Source: Marsupella aquatica
Lineage: Eukaryota; Plantae; Marchantiophyta
DNA length: 64,000 nucleotides
Assembly: GCA_973895155.1 (NCBI GenBank)
Contig: OZ316891.1
Coordinates: 14,911,037 to 14,975,036, forward strand
Direction of reading: 5' to 3'
The notes below the pieces were generated by a model. It was not told the origin of the DNA. It saw nothing but the letters and a program-made list of their open reading frames with translations, and did no database searches. Numbering within the stretch: the stretch's first letter is position 1; the number at the start of each line of letters is the position of its first letter. A program made the translations under genes and the position numbers. This document shows, piece after piece, positions 61,978-64,000 of the stretch.

Positions 61978-63692
61978 ATGTTTCCGAGGAAGTCTTCTCG
62001 AGCTTCCTCCCCTAGGAATGCAGCAGAAATGCATCGAGGGGGAGGACTGGGAGTGAGTGGGGAAGCGTCGTCGTCGAGAAGCGAAATGGGAAGGAACGTC
62101 CCCGGAGGACGCAAGGATGTTAGAGGAAGTGGTGGAGTCGGAGGAGGAGGGGCAGGACCGTCGCGGATGGGCGGGGGAGCTCACTCAAGGCAGCGCCTGC
62201 AACAACGAAAGCATCCCGAGCCCCTTCGCCGTGCTGTTGCACAATGTTTGTCCGCTTCTTACCATGGCGCTGCCTCAGCATTCACTTCTGAAGCTGTCCG
62301 GACGCTACAGGTGTGTTCATTGAGTGAAGGCTTACCTTATTTTCTGGCTTAGGTTAAGAGCTGTAAAGTTCTGGCGATCGCATTACAAGTTGCGATTTTG
62401 CAACACCTTCATCTCTAGCTCTTTCAACCTTTCTTCTTCCTAAGCAAAAGAAAGCACTATCAGTCATGAATAAACTCTTCATTTTCCTGATCAGGATTAC
62501 CTCGCCAATTCGTCCACAATGGATTCTGCATATATCGTTCTCATCGACCATGCCCTGGCAGAAAGGGACCGCAGGTTCGTACTGGGAATCCTCTACGATC
62601 AGACCTTTATTATCTCATCGCTACCTCGTTGATTGTCTCAGTAACCTGAACACAGTACGTTCCTTCAACGATCTCACAGGATCTCAAGTTTCCAGCAGAT
62701 ATTTTTATCTGTTTATTAAGGCCGTTAAAAGTGTCCCTTTCCATCGCCTCGTTCCTCTGTGTTGAGAAACGTGCAAACTTACTAACATGAATAGATGTGC
62801 TAGTTGTGAATTCATGCTTCTCGAAACCGTTAACCATCTGAAATCCTTCGCTAGTGTTGCAGTTTTTCATATTTCTGATGATTTCTGCGCCACTTTATTA
62901 TGAGAGATGATGCAAGCCTGAGATTGATACGCTTGGACTCCTGTGATGTTGGCAGTCCTCCCGTTATCAGCAAGTGTGTTGGTTTGCTCAAGAGATACCT
63001 TTTCAGGTACTGCATCTGATCGGAATCAAGTTGATATCATCAGATTTCTTTGAGCTGCCTTTATTAGTTCTATTTTTGTTCAAAAGGTGGGACATGAATG
63101 GTTCCCAGCAGACAGAACTTCACTGCGTGACTCGCATGGTTGTGGTTTTTACTGTTTTCAGATATGTGCCCCGGTCATCAACGCTTCAGCAAATTGACGC
63201 ATTTTGTTCAGTGCTCATAGCTGAATGCAATGAACTGGGAGGCAGTGCTGGGAAGAGAACACCATGGGTACAACCTGTGAATGAGCCAGTTGCCCCACGA
63301 CGTCCAGGAACCCCACCATCTCCAAGCTCAACGACTTTGGCATTTGCTTCAGCTTCCCTTGTAAAATCTTTAATTTATGTCCGTGCTTTAGTAGCTCGTC
63401 ATCTTCCTCGCTATTCTCTTCAACCATCCACAAGTATCCCACTTGTTAAGCCCCTAAAACCAAATTTGCCATCCCCACGATCTAGATCTTTTAGTAATCC
63501 ATATGAAAGGGGACTCAAGAGATCAATCCCTGAAGACAGGGAGGCTGCCAAGTCAGCCGCTTTGACGATAGCGGGCTTGGAGGCGATAGATGATGAAAAC
63601 TCAGATTACATTGCAGTGGATGTACTGAAGTGGCGATGGCTTGGTGGTAAAGGGCAGCCAGCCTGGGCTCCTTCGCCAGTTATGCTGGATAG
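61978..63692 (+). CDS. 5' part of a conserved plant protein of unknown function (At3g12590-like); exons about 61978-62310, 62495-62574, 62955-63007 and 63162-63692; continues beyond the window
   Basis: KHPEPLRRAVAQCLS..SEAVRTLQ|DYLANSSTMDSAYIVLIDHALAERDR|SPPVISKCVGLLKRYLF|RYVP..TLQQIDAFC..LIAEC..FASASLVKSLIYVRALVARH..YIAVDVLKWRW matches my recollection of this family; GT-AG introns. Confidence 0.8.
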
Positions 63693-64000
63693 GTAGGTTA
63701 AAATCTTCTCTTGTTTAGTATATCCACTGTGAGAGTGCGCGTTTTGAGTTCATTGGACAGTCAACTTTCTTGTCAACAAGCTGTTAGGGATGGACTAGGT
63801 CTCCCCTCGCTGAAGTTGAACGTCTCTAAGATCGGTCAGCCAATGTTTACGGTTAGACCTTACCAATCTTGCAGTTCAACCTCACACTTTGAGAGGAGCA
63901 TTAAGGAGAAGTGAGGTCGACAATGGTCTATGAAGGGTGCTAATTTCCGCCCCTTGGTCAAGAATGCAGTGGAGGGATAGCAAGACCCCATGTGGAGCGG

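Noticed and set aside
1-64000. The many 60-140 aa ORFs in the track (antisense to TEs, or inside LTRs, monomers, introns and microsatellites)
   Set aside because: They have no recognisable domains, many use alternative starts, and they are explained as shadow frames of the annotated features.

Overview
Eukaryotic land-plant genomic DNA, probably a non-seed plant such as a liverwort (inferred from gene content and TE types), and dominated by transposons. There are three intron-containing host genes: an AMS/TDR-like bHLH (-), a TONNEAU1/FOP-like gene (+), and the 5' part of an At3g12590-like conserved gene (+). TEs include three copies of one Ty1/Copia family (two full-length but decayed, one internally deleted), a near-intact two-ORF LINE with a 181-bp monomer array, a 5'-truncated L1-type LINE, three related MITEs with 8-bp TSDs, and several other repeats. 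The standout is a ~10.5-kb Mutator-like element (~31.7-42.2 kb) with two divergent spliced genes. One is a GCM/WRKY-like Zn + MULE DDE + SWIM transposase (+). The other is a ~1100-aa protein joining a ParB/Srx-like domain to a beta-class (N4C/N6A-type) DNA methyltransferase-like domain (-). The element also carries 15 copies of a 15-bp palindrome, TAGCG-CCNGG-CGCTA, almost all in introns, the divergent promoter (four copies at ~104-bp spacing) and the ends, an arrangement reminiscent of ParB/parS. This copy is pseudogenised. All calls come from reading motifs by eye; no database searches were run.
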